32,000 nucleotides of DNA from Candidatus Kuenenia stuttgartensis (GCF_900232105.1 NZ_LT934425.1:720001-752000), one strand, 5' to 3'; counted from the first letter of the stretch, positions 1-9,439 are shown. The notes: generated by a model from the letters alone, not told the origin. Numbers and translations are program-made.

Positions 1-318
1 TTAAAGAATATGTTCATTTCTGTGTCAATAGGAACACCGTTTTCCCTTGCAATTTGTATGAATTTTGAATCCCCGGGAACAGCAGGGCTGACGATGACCA
101 TATCAGTATTGATAAAATCTACATCTCTGTGTTCGCCCAGCCGGTAAGTAATCTGCAGATTTTCAAGATGCCGCAGGGATTGTGAAAGATCTGTTTTACT
201 CTTTATATCCGTTACCGTGACATGCGCCCCCTGCCTTGCAAGAAATTGTGTTATGCCAATGCCACCCCCAAATACACCGAGTCCCATAACGGTAACTCTT
301 TTATTTTTAAATTCCATA
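1..318 (-). CDS. murD: UDP-N-acetylmuramoylalanine-D-glutamate ligase, N-terminal part (runs off window edge)
   Basis: Manual translation of the minus strand gives ...NKRVTVMGLGVFGGGIGITQFLARQGAHVTVTDIKSKTDL...LRHLENLQITYRLGEHRDVDFINTDMVIVSPAVPGDSKFIQIARENGVPI, which resembles the MurD N-terminal Rossmann region. The start context contains a possible 1-nt homopolymer indel. Confidence 0.75.
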
Positions 319-365
319 TACATTTCACTTGTTTTGTTTATTTCACTCAAAATTAAAAGGAGAAA

Positions 366-417
366 TCGTAACACTTTAGTTTTTTGAAAAATTCCAATAA
401 TAGCGCTGTTTTCCGCA
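366..417 (+). repeat. Dispersed repeat copy (TCGTAACACTTTAGTTTTTTGAAAAATTCCAATAATAGCG...)
   Basis: Near-identical to the reverse complement of 5532-5582. The first 25 bp also match 16812-16836 and the reverse complement of 17003-17027. Confidence 0.75.
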
Positions 418-578
418 CAATGTAGGGACGATGGATTATGGATTACGGACTACGGACATCCTTCGTCTTTCGTCTCTAGCTCTTACGTTTTTCAAAAGAC
501 GCAATTTAAATGATTTTTTTGCGATGCTTTTAACACTCCAACAGGCAGCGTAATGTCTGAATATAACCATTCAATGAT

Positions 579-1157
579 TTATTTGCAATAGTGGTGAAGC
601 CGAAAACAATTGAATGCCTCTATTCCAACTTCTTTTTTTAATCCCGCCAAAATATCTTTCAGGATATCAGGCCCTGATGCATTGCCCCAGAAAATCTTGC
701 TCTGTTTGGGAAATCCCTCTTCATCAACGGTAAGGGATAGCGTAATTAACGGACAATCATTACGACTCTCTTTTGCTACCCTCAAAATAGGTATTTGTTA
801 AATCATATAAAATCACCATCTCTTTGAGGGAAAAATATCTCTCGCGCCCGCTTTGATAACCCTTGCTCTATGGCAACATGATTCTCCCACAGCAAAACTG
901 CCGCGCGATGCAGCGCTTTATCATACAGTTTAACCCCGGAGTCTAACAGCTCTACCACCCCCGCTTGTTTCAGAAAGCCATCGCACGGTATCACGCTCGC
1001 TGCCAGGATGAACCATTCTCCCCACAATGAGCGTCTTGGAACAGGCAATTAGATCCTCTGTAAAATCAAGCCCTTGTAATATTTTATCAAACCCGTATTC
1101 ATTCATTTGGCTTATAGCCATATGCTCGGAGAAGGTAAAGATGTCTCCAAAAAGCAA
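579..1157 (-). pseudogene. Degenerate IS1634-like transposase remnant
   Basis: Broken ORFs resemble IS1634-type transposase segments: FDKILQGLDFTEDLIACSKTLIVGRMVHPGSERDTVRWLSE, then LYDKALHRAAVLLWENHVAIEQGLSKRAREIFF, then RVAKESRNDCPLITLSLTVDEEGFPKQSKIFWGNASGPDIL. Confidence 0.7.
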
Positions 1158-1170
1158 TCAATTCCCCGCT

Positions 1171-1214
1171 CAATTTAAGAAAAAAATCGCCGCTTAATTT
1201 TTAACAAAGTAATG
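1171..1214 (-). repeat. Solo IS end remnant, inverted relative to the left end of the IS at 2067
   Basis: The reverse complement CATTACTTTGTTAAAAATTAAGCGGCGATTTTTTTCTTAAAT matches the IS sequence starting at 2067. The adjacent GGGAATTGATTGCTTTTT also matches internal IS sequence near 2178, implying an internally deleted copy. Confidence 0.8.
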
Positions 1215-1265
1215 TTTTAAAAAGAGAATTGACAAAGTTACAGCAAAAAATATAATGGTAAACAT

Positions 1266-1916
1266 ATGTCCACCAATGAAGAAAAATTAACGGATACTAT
1301 TTTAACCAAAAAACAGGCGGATTTTCTAGCCTTTTTAAAAGCATCTCTTCAGGAAAAAGGGTATCCACCTACGGTACGCGAGATTATGCGCGGGATGGAT
1401 CTTTCCAGCACCAATATCGTCAAAAAGTATCTTGACATCCTTGCCCGTAAAGGACACATCAAAAAACAATACAACAGTCCCAGGGCTATTGAAATTATAG
1501 AAGCCCCGGCCGGACATGCAGAAACGAATCTCATCCCCATTGTTGGAAGTGTCAAAGCAGGCGCTCCTCATCCGGCAATAGAAGATATTATGGGATATCT
1601 TGCAGTAGATAAAACAATCTGCCGTACCGGAGACGCATTTTTTTTGCGGGTTGAGGGAGACAGCATGATTAATGCTCATATACAGGAAGGCGACCTCGTA
1701 CTGGTGAGGCCGCAACCGGTTGCCAATAACAGGGAAATTGTGGTTGCCCTCATAAATGGTGAGGCCACGGTCAAAAGATTCTACAAGAAGGGAAATACGC
1801 TGGAATTGCACCCGGAACACCCAATGATGAAACCCATTGTGCTCCAGGGAGAACAAGATGAGGTTCGCATCATTGGCAAGGTTACTGCGGTGGTGCGGTT
1901 GTTAGAGAAGTTATAA
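1266..1916 (+). CDS. lexA: LexA repressor
   Basis: 216 aa. N-terminal wHTH (LTKKQADFLAFLKASLQEKGYPPTVREIMRGMDLSSTNIVKKYLDILARKGHI) and C-terminal S24 peptidase (FFLRVEGDSMINAHIQEGDLVLVRPQ ... VVALINGEATVKRFYK). Confidence 0.96.
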   Translation: MSTNEEKLTDTILTKKQADFLAFLKASLQEKGYPPTVREIMRGMDLSSTNIVKKYLDILARKGHIKKQYNSPRAIEIIEAPAGHAETNLIPIVGSVKAGAPHPAIEDIMGYLAVDKTICRTGDAFFLRVEGDSMINAHIQEGDLVLVRPQPVANNREIVVALINGEATVKRFYKKGNTLELHPEHPMMKPIVLQGEQDEVRIIGKVTAVVRLLEKL

Positions 1917-2066
1917 CAGTGATTTCCGGGGGGATGACGGTATGATTACTGAAGTTCATGAAGCGATCAAAGTAGGGGCGATTTTTGGTGATAACAAAAA
2001 AAAACTCAAACCCGTTTGGTTTATTTGGAACGGCACAAAATATACTATCCGGGAAATTACTTACAT

Positions 2067-3535
2067 CATTACTTTGTTAAAAATTAAGCGGCGATTTTTT
2101 TCTTAAATCGAGCGGATTTAATTTTAAAATATTCTTGTGAGAGTTTTTCGTTCTTTGATAAAGCGTTTGTTGATGAGAATTCAAGCAGGGAATTGATTGC
2201 TTTTTTGAATTCATTAAAGGTAGAAGGTTTTGTTTCCATGATTTTATCCAGATAAGCGTTTTGTTTTATCCAGTAAACGAATGTCCATGAGATCAGACAA
2301 ATATTCCAATATCGCTCAATCTTGTCAATGTGCCTTACCTGATAATGATCGAAATAAAAAGTATCCTTCAATTCCTTGAAACAGTGTTCAATACCCCAAC
2401 GCAACAGATAGTTTGTGATAACCGTTTTTACAGAGGCGTCGAGTTGATTGGTGATAAGGACATGATATTTTTTATCATCTTCCTTGTTCCATTTTCCCAA
2501 AATTACCACAAACTTCAACGGGACATTGCAACCATTCAGTTTGGCGTCAAACGTGTAGGTTTTATAGGAAACTTCACTTCCATCCGCGGATTTTAAAGTA
2601 ACATACTTGGTTTTGTCGGCATAATGCTTTTTGATGAGGGTCACGAGCTCATCTGGTTTGATTATGCAATATTTTTGTTTTTCCGGATGGTACATGGAGA
2701 TATTTCTGTTTGATTTTATTTCTGAAAAAAAGTGTTTCTTTTTTGCGTGAATATGTTCGAGAAACCGTTGAGAGGCATACCATGTGTCGAAGGCAATAGC
2801 TGAAAAATCAAAGACGTTAGAAGCAGCATCAAACATATCCATTGCTATTTGTATTTTGTCTTTAAATTTGGGATCATTTTTCCCTTCCCCGAACTCATCG
2901 GCAGGAAGGTAGGGAATAACATCCAGGGGAAAATGTTTTGTTTTTGAGACAAATGCCGCGCCAACAACAACATTGCAGGTTTCCGGCCTTTTAAGCGGAC
3001 CGCAATATTGCCATTTGGCTGCCTCTGTATTTTTAGCATAGGGCTTTGGACATCCGGTATCATCTATGGTAAGGATGCTGTCTTTTGTCAATGCCGTGGT
3101 TCTTTGTTTTTGGATAATGTCCATTCTTTTCTGCTTTAATGCGGGTAAATCCCATTTGGATTCAGAAAAGAAGTATTGAAATTTCTGGTAATCCGTATGA
3201 ACGGCTTGCGCCATGGCCTCCAGTGAATTTCTTTTATAGTCTTTAAACATTGCGTAGACAACAAGTAGAAACATTGCAAATTGTTTTTTAGTAAAACACG
3301 ATGCAAAATGTTCAAGAAATTTATTTAATAACGGTATGTTTGTTCTGAAAATACTCAAATCCTTTGCTCCGGTAATTGATTGTGTAAAAAATTTACAAGT
3401 GCAATTAATACCGGAAGTAACGAGCAAAATCAAGAGTAAATATTTATCGCAAAGCATTGCTAAATCATAAGTTGTGGCCGACTCGACTTACGACTTAAAA
3501 ATATTTTTTCAGACGCTTTCTTTAACAAAGTAATG
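2067..3535. mobile_element. IS4-superfamily/IS701-like insertion sequence, 1469 bp
   Basis: Terminal 15-bp inverted repeats CATTACTTTGTTAAA (2067-2081) and TTTAACAAAGTAATG (3521-3535), flanked by a 6-bp direct repeat TTACAT (2061-2066 and 3536-3541). Confidence 0.9.
2084..3457 (-). CDS. IS4-superfamily (IS701-like) transposase
   Basis: 457 aa containing DTG (ILTIDDTGCPK) and the signature Y-x2-R-x3-E-x6-K (YLLRWGIEHCFKELK). Lies between the TIRs. Confidence 0.9.
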   Translation of the reverse strand: MLCDKYLLLILLVTSGINCTCKFFTQSITGAKDLSIFRTNIPLLNKFLEHFASCFTKKQFAMFLLVVYAMFKDYKRNSLEAMAQAVHTDYQKFQYFFSESKWDLPALKQKRMDIIQKQRTTALTKDSILTIDDTGCPKPYAKNTEAAKWQYCGPLKRPETCNVVVGAAFVSKTKHFPLDVIPYLPADEFGEGKNDPKFKDKIQIAMDMFDAASNVFDFSAIAFDTWYASQRFLEHIHAKKKHFFSEIKSNRNISMYHPEKQKYCIIKPDELVTLIKKHYADKTKYVTLKSADGSEVSYKTYTFDAKLNGCNVPLKFVVILGKWNKEDDKKYHVLITNQLDASVKTVITNYLLRWGIEHCFKELKDTFYFDHYQVRHIDKIERYWNICLISWTFVYWIKQNAYLDKIMETKPSTFNEFKKAINSLLEFSSTNALSKNEKLSQEYFKIKSARFKKKIAA

Positions 3536-3817
3536 TTACATCTGGAAGGAAAGGGTTGGAAAAACGGTGATACACTACTTTACGGTTACCTAAGGTGCCA
3601 ATTTTTTTCCATCTCCTATAACACTTATACCCTGCTATGGACACTCCATTCCATTTATACCTAAATTGGATAAGAAAGTTAATAACTATGTAATACCTCT
3701 TCCCGAATTCCGAAAGCGTCGAATATAACCTTCTGTTTTTTTGATAATTCGCTCAGGAACGGTTTGTTTTGATTTATTTGTATAATTTTTAATTTTTTGC
3801 GTTCTGCAAATAATTCC

Positions 3818-4217
3818 TTATGTGCGTGATACCGCTTTTCGTGAAGATCATTCTCAAATACGCACAAAAAATGCCCAAGGGCAATGGCTTCTTTGAGGAA
3901 TCTTGTGGTTGGGCTTTTTCATTTTCTCCATGTAACAAATATTGCAAAGATGCTCAGAAATTTTGCGGCAAGACCTTTTCTTGCACTTCAAATGCTTCGC
4001 TGGTAATGTCGAGAACAAAAAAAAACACTTTATTTTTTACTCTCTCTCTCTTTCTTTCATTACTACAGGGATACTCCCGCTCCATTTTGCTTGTTTTGCT
4101 TATTTTTACTCATTTAAATGAGAACCCTATCGTTTTTTACTTTCTTTTCCACTTATTGACGGGAGCTTTTGGCACAAATTCTTGATCCGCGTCTTTCGTA
4201 GGGTGACTTTGACGTTG
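3818..4217 (+). mobile_element. ISAs1-like 3' end remnant, inverted copy of 8841-9236
   Basis: About 400 bp of high similarity to the reverse complement of 8841-9236. Encodes decayed transposase C-terminal sequence (KNAQGQWLL... / THKKCPRAMASLRNLV-type). Confidence 0.75.
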
Positions 4218-4355
4218 TCGTGCCCCGCAAGAGGTTCTCCTTGACACCAAAAACTTCCCTTGTTAAACTTCTTCCGGGATTTCCGATTTGCAATAGCGTG
4301 CAGTAAGAAAACATATTGTACTCATTAATAAACTTATTCGTATATTAAAATACCA

Positions 4356-4805
4356 ATGGGGAAAATTTTAGCTGTCTGCGTAAGCGAAAGAAAAGGTATC
4401 CAGAAACGAAATATAGGCAAATGCATGGCAATTAAACATTATGGCCTAGAGGGAGATGCCCATGCAGGAAAATGGCACCGCCAGGTGAGTCTGCTTGCAA
4501 CGGAAAGCGCCGACGTGATGCGTAGTAAAGGCTTAGAGATAAAAGACGGCGATTTTGGAGAAAATATTGTCACCAGTGGCATAGAACTAAAATCGCTTCC
4601 TGTTGGAACTACGCTGAAAATCGGAAATGATATTATCATAAAGATAACCCAAATCGGCAAATTATGCCATGACCGCTGCGCCATTTATTACAAGGCAGGC
4701 GACTGTATCATGCCGCGAGAAGGGATTTTTGCAGAAATCCTTAGCAGCGGAATGATTAAAGCCGGAGATGAAATTTTAATACATGAATATCCCTCTGGGG
4801 TGTAA
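4356..4805 (+). CDS. MOSC domain protein
   Basis: 149 aa: LAVCVSERKGIQKRNI...HYGLEGDAHAG-WHRQVSLLATES...DGDFGENIVTSGIEL...LPVGTTLKIG...CHDRCAIYYKAGDCIMPREGIFAEILSSGMIKAGD. Confidence 0.9.
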   Translation: MGKILAVCVSERKGIQKRNIGKCMAIKHYGLEGDAHAGKWHRQVSLLATESADVMRSKGLEIKDGDFGENIVTSGIELKSLPVGTTLKIGNDIIIKITQIGKLCHDRCAIYYKAGDCIMPREGIFAEILSSGMIKAGDEILIHEYPSGV

Positions 4806-4808
4806 ACT

Positions 4809-5315
4809 ATGATTCGCACCGCAATAGTAACATTGAGCGATAAAGGGTCAAAAGGGGAGCGCGAAGACAAAAGCGGAGAGATTATCCGTACGATGCTCCA
4901 ACAAATCAATACATCCATTGTCGCATACGAAATAATCCCCGATGAAAAAGACCTCATTATCAAAAAACTTCGTGAATTCTCCAAACTATCCGATCTTATC
5001 ATCACAACCGGAGGTACCGGAGTTGGCCCTCGCGATATCACGCCTGAGGCAACAAGGGCAGTGATAGAAAAAGAATTGCCTGGCTTCGGAGAAGCAATGC
5101 GTATGGAAGGGATGAAGCACACACCAAGGGCAATGGGTTCCAGGGCGGTGGCAGGGATATATCGGCAAACCCTTATCATAAACCTTCCTGGAAGCCCAAA
5201 AGGCGTTGCGGAAAACCTCTCCGTCGTTCTGCCGGTTATTCCTCATACCATAAACCTTATCAAAGGCACGGTGACAGATTGCGCCAAAGACCGGGAGCAA
5301 CACCCTCACAGGTAG
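4809..5315 (+). CDS. mog: Molybdopterin adenylyltransferase / MogA-MoaB family
   Basis: 168 aa with LSDKGSKGEREDKSG, DLIITTGGTGVGPRDITPEAT and LIINLPGSPKGVAENL. Three bases downstream of the MOSC gene. Confidence 0.92.
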   Translation: MIRTAIVTLSDKGSKGEREDKSGEIIRTMLQQINTSIVAYEIIPDEKDLIIKKLREFSKLSDLIITTGGTGVGPRDITPEATRAVIEKELPGFGEAMRMEGMKHTPRAMGSRAVAGIYRQTLIINLPGSPKGVAENLSVVLPVIPHTINLIKGTVTDCAKDREQHPHR

Positions 5316-5432
5316 CCACCCGAAAATGCAGACAAATGAATGTCTCTCTTCTTCAAAACTGCATCAAAAACAATGACATCGCCTCCCAACAAACAGCACA
5401 GACGCACCATCAAGTCGTGATCTCCATAAAAG

Positions 5433-5582
5433 TATCAACTTAGTTTTTTGAAAAAGTATGGGCGAAGCATTTGCCCGTTTGGGTATGAATTTATCTATGA
5501 CAATTTATAGCAAATGCTTCGCCCATACACATGCGGCAAACATCGCTATTATTGGAATTTTTTAAAAAACTAAAATGTTACC
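5433..5582. repeat. MITE-like / hairpin element
   Basis: Inner perfect 19-bp inverted repeat GTATGGGCGAAGCATTTGC (5456-5474) / GCAAATGCTTCGCCCATAC (5510-5528). Outer AT-rich inverted repeat TTAGTTTTTTGAAAAA / TTTTTTAAAAAACTAAAATGTTA. Confidence 0.75.
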
Positions 5583-5673
5583 AAACGATAAATTTTGGAT
5601 TATAGGTCAAAATTTGTTATAAAACAAAAAAGCCATAAGAGTTTGGTTTCTTATGGCTTTTTCAAATCATATA

Positions 5674-5748
5674 TGACCCCATGGGGATTTGAACCCCAGT
5701 TCACAGATCGAAAATCTGTTGTCCTAGACCAGACTAGACGATGGGGCC
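5674..5748 (-). tRNA. tRNA-Glu (anticodon UUC)
   Basis: GGCCCCATCGTCTAG...ACAGATTTTCGATCTGT...GGTTCAAATCC...TGGGGTCA folds as a cloverleaf. Anticodon loop is TTTTCGA. Confidence 0.95.
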
Positions 5749-5767
5749 ATTTATGCACAATAGTAAA

Positions 5768-5840
5768 TGAGGGCAGATGGACTCGAACCATCGACACCCG
5801 CCTTAAAAGGGCGGTGCTCTACCGACTGAGCTATGCCCCC
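5768..5840 (-). tRNA. tRNA-Lys (anticodon UUU)
   Basis: GGGGGCATAGCTCAGTCGGTAGAGCACCGCCCTTTTAAGGCGGGTGTCGATGGTTCGAGTCCATCTGCCCTCA. Anticodon loop is CTTTTAA. Confidence 0.96.
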
Positions 5841-5926
5841 ATTATACAGAAATGTATGAATATTGCACGCAGAAAATAAAATTACAAAGGGAAAAAACAT
5901 CGATAATATACGTTTCAACGGTACGT

Positions 5927-6487
5927 TTATACCTTGAGTATTTCTTCAGTCTTTCTTTTGATTAAATCATTTACCTTAGTTTCAAAGTCTTTGATAATTT
6001 TTTGAATTTCATCCTTGGCGCGCTTAACATCGTCTTCTGTTAAAATATTTTCTTTCTTTTCTTTATCCGCTTGTTTATTTGAATCCTGCCGTATATTACG
6101 CAAAGAAACCTTTGTTGATTCCCCAAAATCTTTTACGGTTACGGAAAGTTTTTTTCTCCTCTCCTCATTAAGCGGAGGAATAACGATGCGCAGGGTTTTA
6201 GCTTCAACAGAAGGGTTCAGGCCGATGTCTGATTGAATGATTGCCTTTTCGATATTAGATACTATAGTAGTATCGTAAGGTTTTATCAAGATTGACTGTG
6301 CATCAGGTGTGGAAATCACTGCAAGTTGCTTTAAGGGTGAAGGGTTCCCGTAGTATTCAACCCGTATATTTTCGACCAGACCAGTGCTTGCCCTACCGGT
6401 TCTTATTCCCTTCAAATCATCTTGCAAATGAGCGATAACCTTTTCCATTTTTGCCTTTGTTTCTTTGCAAATCGAATCTATTGACAT
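5927..6487 (-). CDS. frr: Ribosome recycling factor
   Basis: 186 aa with DLKGIRTGRASTGLVENIRVEYYGNPSPLKQLAVISTPDAQSILIKPYD. Conserved gene order. Confidence 0.97.
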   Translation of the reverse strand: MSIDSICKETKAKMEKVIAHLQDDLKGIRTGRASTGLVENIRVEYYGNPSPLKQLAVISTPDAQSILIKPYDTTIVSNIEKAIIQSDIGLNPSVEAKTLRIVIPPLNEERRKKLSVTVKDFGESTKVSLRNIRQDSNKQADKEKKENILTEDDVKRAKDEIQKIIKDFETKVNDLIKRKTEEILKV

Positions 6488-6492
6488 ATCGG

Positions 6493-7236
6493 TTAATTTC
6501 CTATAAAAGTACCAACAGATTTCCCCAAAACAGCCTTTTCAATATTTCCTTTTTTATTCATGTTTAATACGATTATTGGCAATTTGTTTTCCATGCTCAA
6601 GGATACCGCAGTCATATCCATTACGCCTAATTGTCGGTTTAATACTTCGGCATAGGTCAGTTTGCTTAACAGCTTTGCGGATGGATTATTAGCTGGATCA
6701 TCTGTATACACGCCGTCAACTCTTGTGGCTTTAAGCATCACGTTGGCATTAATTTCTATCGCGCGTAAAGCAGCTGCAGTATCGGTTGTGAAATAGGGGT
6801 TTCCCGTTCCCCCCGCAAAAATAACAATATTTCTTTCTTCAAGATACCGTAAACAATTTCGTAAAATAAAAGGTTCTGTGATATTCTTAATTTCAATTGC
6901 GCTTATTACATGCGTTTTAATGTTGCACTCTTCCAGGGTGTCCTGCAAAAGCAATGCATTTAAGATGGTAGCAATCATCCCCGCCTGATCCGCTACAATT
7001 CTGGATTTTCCCGAAAGGCCAAATTTAGCGCCGCGCAACACGTTACCGCCGCCAACGACAAGCGCCGTTTCAGCACCGAGTGATAAAATCTTTTGTATCG
7101 TTTTGGCAAATGTTGCAAATTTTTCAGTATCGATGCCTTTTCCGTTTTCACCGCCAAAGCCTTCGCCGCTAACTTTCAATAAGATACGTTTATACTTTAT
7201 TTTCTTATTTTTCGGCATAATGATTGTGTGCGGCAA
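6493..7236 (-). CDS. pyrH: UMP kinase
   Basis: YKRILLKVSGEGFGG...ALVVGGGNVLRGAK...FAGGTGNPYFTTDTAAALRA. The true start may be MPKNKKIKYKR (about 7218). Confidence 0.97.
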   Translation of the reverse strand: MPHTIIMPKNKKIKYKRILLKVSGEGFGGENGKGIDTEKFATFAKTIQKILSLGAETALVVGGGNVLRGAKFGLSGKSRIVADQAGMIATILNALLLQDTLEECNIKTHVISAIEIKNITEPFILRNCLRYLEERNIVIFAGGTGNPYFTTDTAAALRAIEINANVMLKATRVDGVYTDDPANNPSAKLLSKLTYAEVLNRQLGVMDMTAVSLSMENKLPIIVLNMNKKGNIEKAVLGKSVGTFIGN

Positions 7237-7249
7237 TCTAAACTGCTAG

Positions 7250-7837
7250 CTATTTCCCCCCTACTTCAAGCCTGGCAAAGCGATTAATTTTAATATTTTC
7301 ACCTATTTTTGCGATAATTGCAATTAATAAATCCTGAATAGTTTGTGAGTCATCTTTTATAAACGGTTGTTCCAGCAGGCATTTTTCCTTATAAAAATTT
7401 TCCAGCTTTCCTTTAACGATTTTTTCAGAAATATCAGATGGTTTTCCTTTGGTATCCTCTATAAAACCCCTTTTTTGTGTTTCCACAATTTCCGAAGAAA
7501 TATCTTCCCTTTTTATTGCGATTGGATTGGTTGCGGCAATTTGCATGCAAATATCTTTTAAAAACTGCTGAAAGACCTCGTTTCTTGCCACGAAATCTGT
7601 TTCACAATTCACCTCAACCATTACGCCTATTTTCCCGTTAGTATGAATGTAAGAACCTATTCTGCCTTCGGCAGTTGTTCTTTGTTCTTTCCTGGAAGCT
7701 TTTGCAAAACCTTTCTTTTTTATAATTTCCAGTGCTTTATCATAATCGTCATTTACTTCATCCAAGGCGTTTTTGCACTCTAATATTCCCGCACCTGTTT
7801 GTTCACGCAATTTCATAACACTCGCTTTATCTGCCAT
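7250..7837 (-). CDS. tsf: Elongation factor Ts
   Basis: 195 aa: VMKLREQTGAGILECKNAL...GRIGSYIHTNGKIGVMVEVNCETDFVARNEVFQ. Confidence 0.97.
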   Translation of the reverse strand: MADKASVMKLREQTGAGILECKNALDEVNDDYDKALEIIKKKGFAKASRKEQRTTAEGRIGSYIHTNGKIGVMVEVNCETDFVARNEVFQQFLKDICMQIAATNPIAIKREDISSEIVETQKRGFIEDTKGKPSDISEKIVKGKLENFYKEKCLLEQPFIKDDSQTIQDLLIAIIAKIGENIKINRFARLEVGGK

Positions 7838-8023
7838 CGGTATCCTCCAAAATAATATAGCTACGAACTGTCCTTGTTGCGAAGCCGGTAATCTTGTTAT
7901 TACAAATAATCAAGCGGAACATCTTGAGATGTGTATCTTTAAAGGCAGTTGTTAGATTGGCAATCCAAGGATATACAAACTCTGAATTTTACGAAAAATG
8001 GAAGGATTTTCGTAAAAACCTGA

Positions 8024-8728
8024 TTAATCTTTTGTCAGCGTAACAAGTTGTTCTTTTCCGGCAAGAACGGCGTCTGCTGTCTTAGATAAAAAGAGATTAA
8101 TCGACCGTATCGCATCGTCATTCCCAGGTACACAAATATCTACCATATCAGGGTCACAATCGGTATCCGCCAGGCAAACAGTTGGTATTCCCAATTTTTT
8201 TGCCTCTTTTATAGCGTTGTGTTCGTATCTTGGGTCCACTACCACAAGTGCCCCTGGAAGTTTGGTCATATTGCGGATGCCTTCCAGATTGGTAAGTATT
8301 TTCTTGTATTCTCTGTTGAGTGAGGAAATCATCTTTTTACTGTATTGGTTGATTTCGCCTGTATCTTTCATTTTTTCCAATTCTTCAAGACGTTCTAAAC
8401 GACTCCTGATAGTATCAAAATTTGTCAACGCACCACCAAGCCATCTTTCGCTGACATAATGCATACCACACCGCTTTGCTTCTCGCGCGGTAATATCCTG
8501 TGCCTGCCACTTCGTGCCTACAAACAATATATCTTTCTTTGTTTGCACCAGGTTCGTTACAAATCTGCAAGCAGTGATAAGACCCTTCACCGTTTCCCGT
8601 AAATTAATGATATGAATCAGATTTTGCTTACCAAAGATAAAAGGCTTCATCTTTGGGTTCCACCTGCTTGTTCTATGTCCGAAATGAAACCCTGCTTCGA
8701 CTAATTCTTGAATATTCACAATAGACAA
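8024..8728 (-). CDS. rpsB: 30S ribosomal protein S2
   Basis: 234 aa: LVEAGFHFGHRTSRWNPKMKPFIF...WLGGALTNFDTI...LPGALVVVDPRYEHNAIKEA. Confidence 0.98.
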   Translation of the reverse strand: MSIVNIQELVEAGFHFGHRTSRWNPKMKPFIFGKQNLIHIINLRETVKGLITACRFVTNLVQTKKDILFVGTKWQAQDITAREAKRCGMHYVSERWLGGALTNFDTIRSRLERLEELEKMKDTGEINQYSKKMISSLNREYKKILTNLEGIRNMTKLPGALVVVDPRYEHNAIKEAKKLGIPTVCLADTDCDPDMVDICVPGNDDAIRSINLFLSKTADAVLAGKEQLVTLTKD

Positions 8729-8840
8729 ATAACGCCCTTTCCAGATTGAGATAATAAAAGAAAATAAAGGAATTTTTCAGAAAAGAATGTGATTATAGCC
8801 ATTATAGGCAAGTTGTCAAGTATATTTATTGTAACACCTC

Positions 8841-9439
8841 AGCAACGTCAAAGTCACCCTACGAAAGATGTGGATCAAGAATTTGTACCAAAAGCTCCCG
8901 TCAATAAGTGGAGAAGAAAGTTAAAAACGATAGGGTTCTCATGTAAATCGGCAAGAATGAGCAAAACAAGCAAAATGGAGCGGGAGTATCCCTGTAGTAA
9001 TGAAAAAGAGAGAGTAAAAAATAAAGTGCTTTTTTTGTTCTCTACATTACTAGCGAAGCATTTGAAGTGCAAGAAAAGGTCTTGCCGCAAAATTTCTGAG
9101 CGTCTTTGCAATATTTGTTACCTGGAGAAAATGAAAAAGCCCAATCACAAGATTCTTCAAAGAAGCCATTGCCCTTGGGGCATTTTTCGTGCGTATTTGA
9201 GAATGGTCTTCACGGAAAGCGGTATCACGCACATAATGAAGTCCATTTTCTATTGACCAGTGTCCGCGGGAAAACTTAAGAATGGTTTTGGGACTTGCTT
9301 TTTGTTGTGTCAGGCTGGTAATACCGTAAACAATTTCCCCGGTCTTTTTGCTTGTCTTGATTTTTGTAAATATTCTATGAATGCAAAATACCTGTCGTTT
9401 CGTTTTTGTATTGTAACGGCAGGAGAGACGTTTGAGCAT
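8841..9439 (-). mobile_element. ISAs1-like element remnant containing the transposase C-terminus
   Basis: ORF 9050-9439(-): ILKFSRGHWSIENGLHYVRDTAFREDHSQIRTKNAPRAMASLKNLVIGLFH, ISAs1-like. 8841-9236 duplicates 3818-4217 in inverted orientation. Confidence 0.8.

Larger units (their letters stand above)
1942..3593 (+). pseudogene. Small lexA-adjacent conserved gene (DUF6504-like) interrupted by the IS at 2067-3535
   Basis: The left part MITEVHEAIKVGAIFGDNKKKLKPVWFIWNGTKYTIREITY joins in frame across the TSD to IWKERVGKTVIHYFTVT* (stop 3591-3593). GANFF follows the stop in frame. The family name is inferred from the motif pattern. Confidence 0.6.

Noticed and set aside
3679-3867. 62-aa minus-strand ORF with charged sequence
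   Set aside because: Small, lies beside IS debris and cannot be assigned; not reported as a gene.
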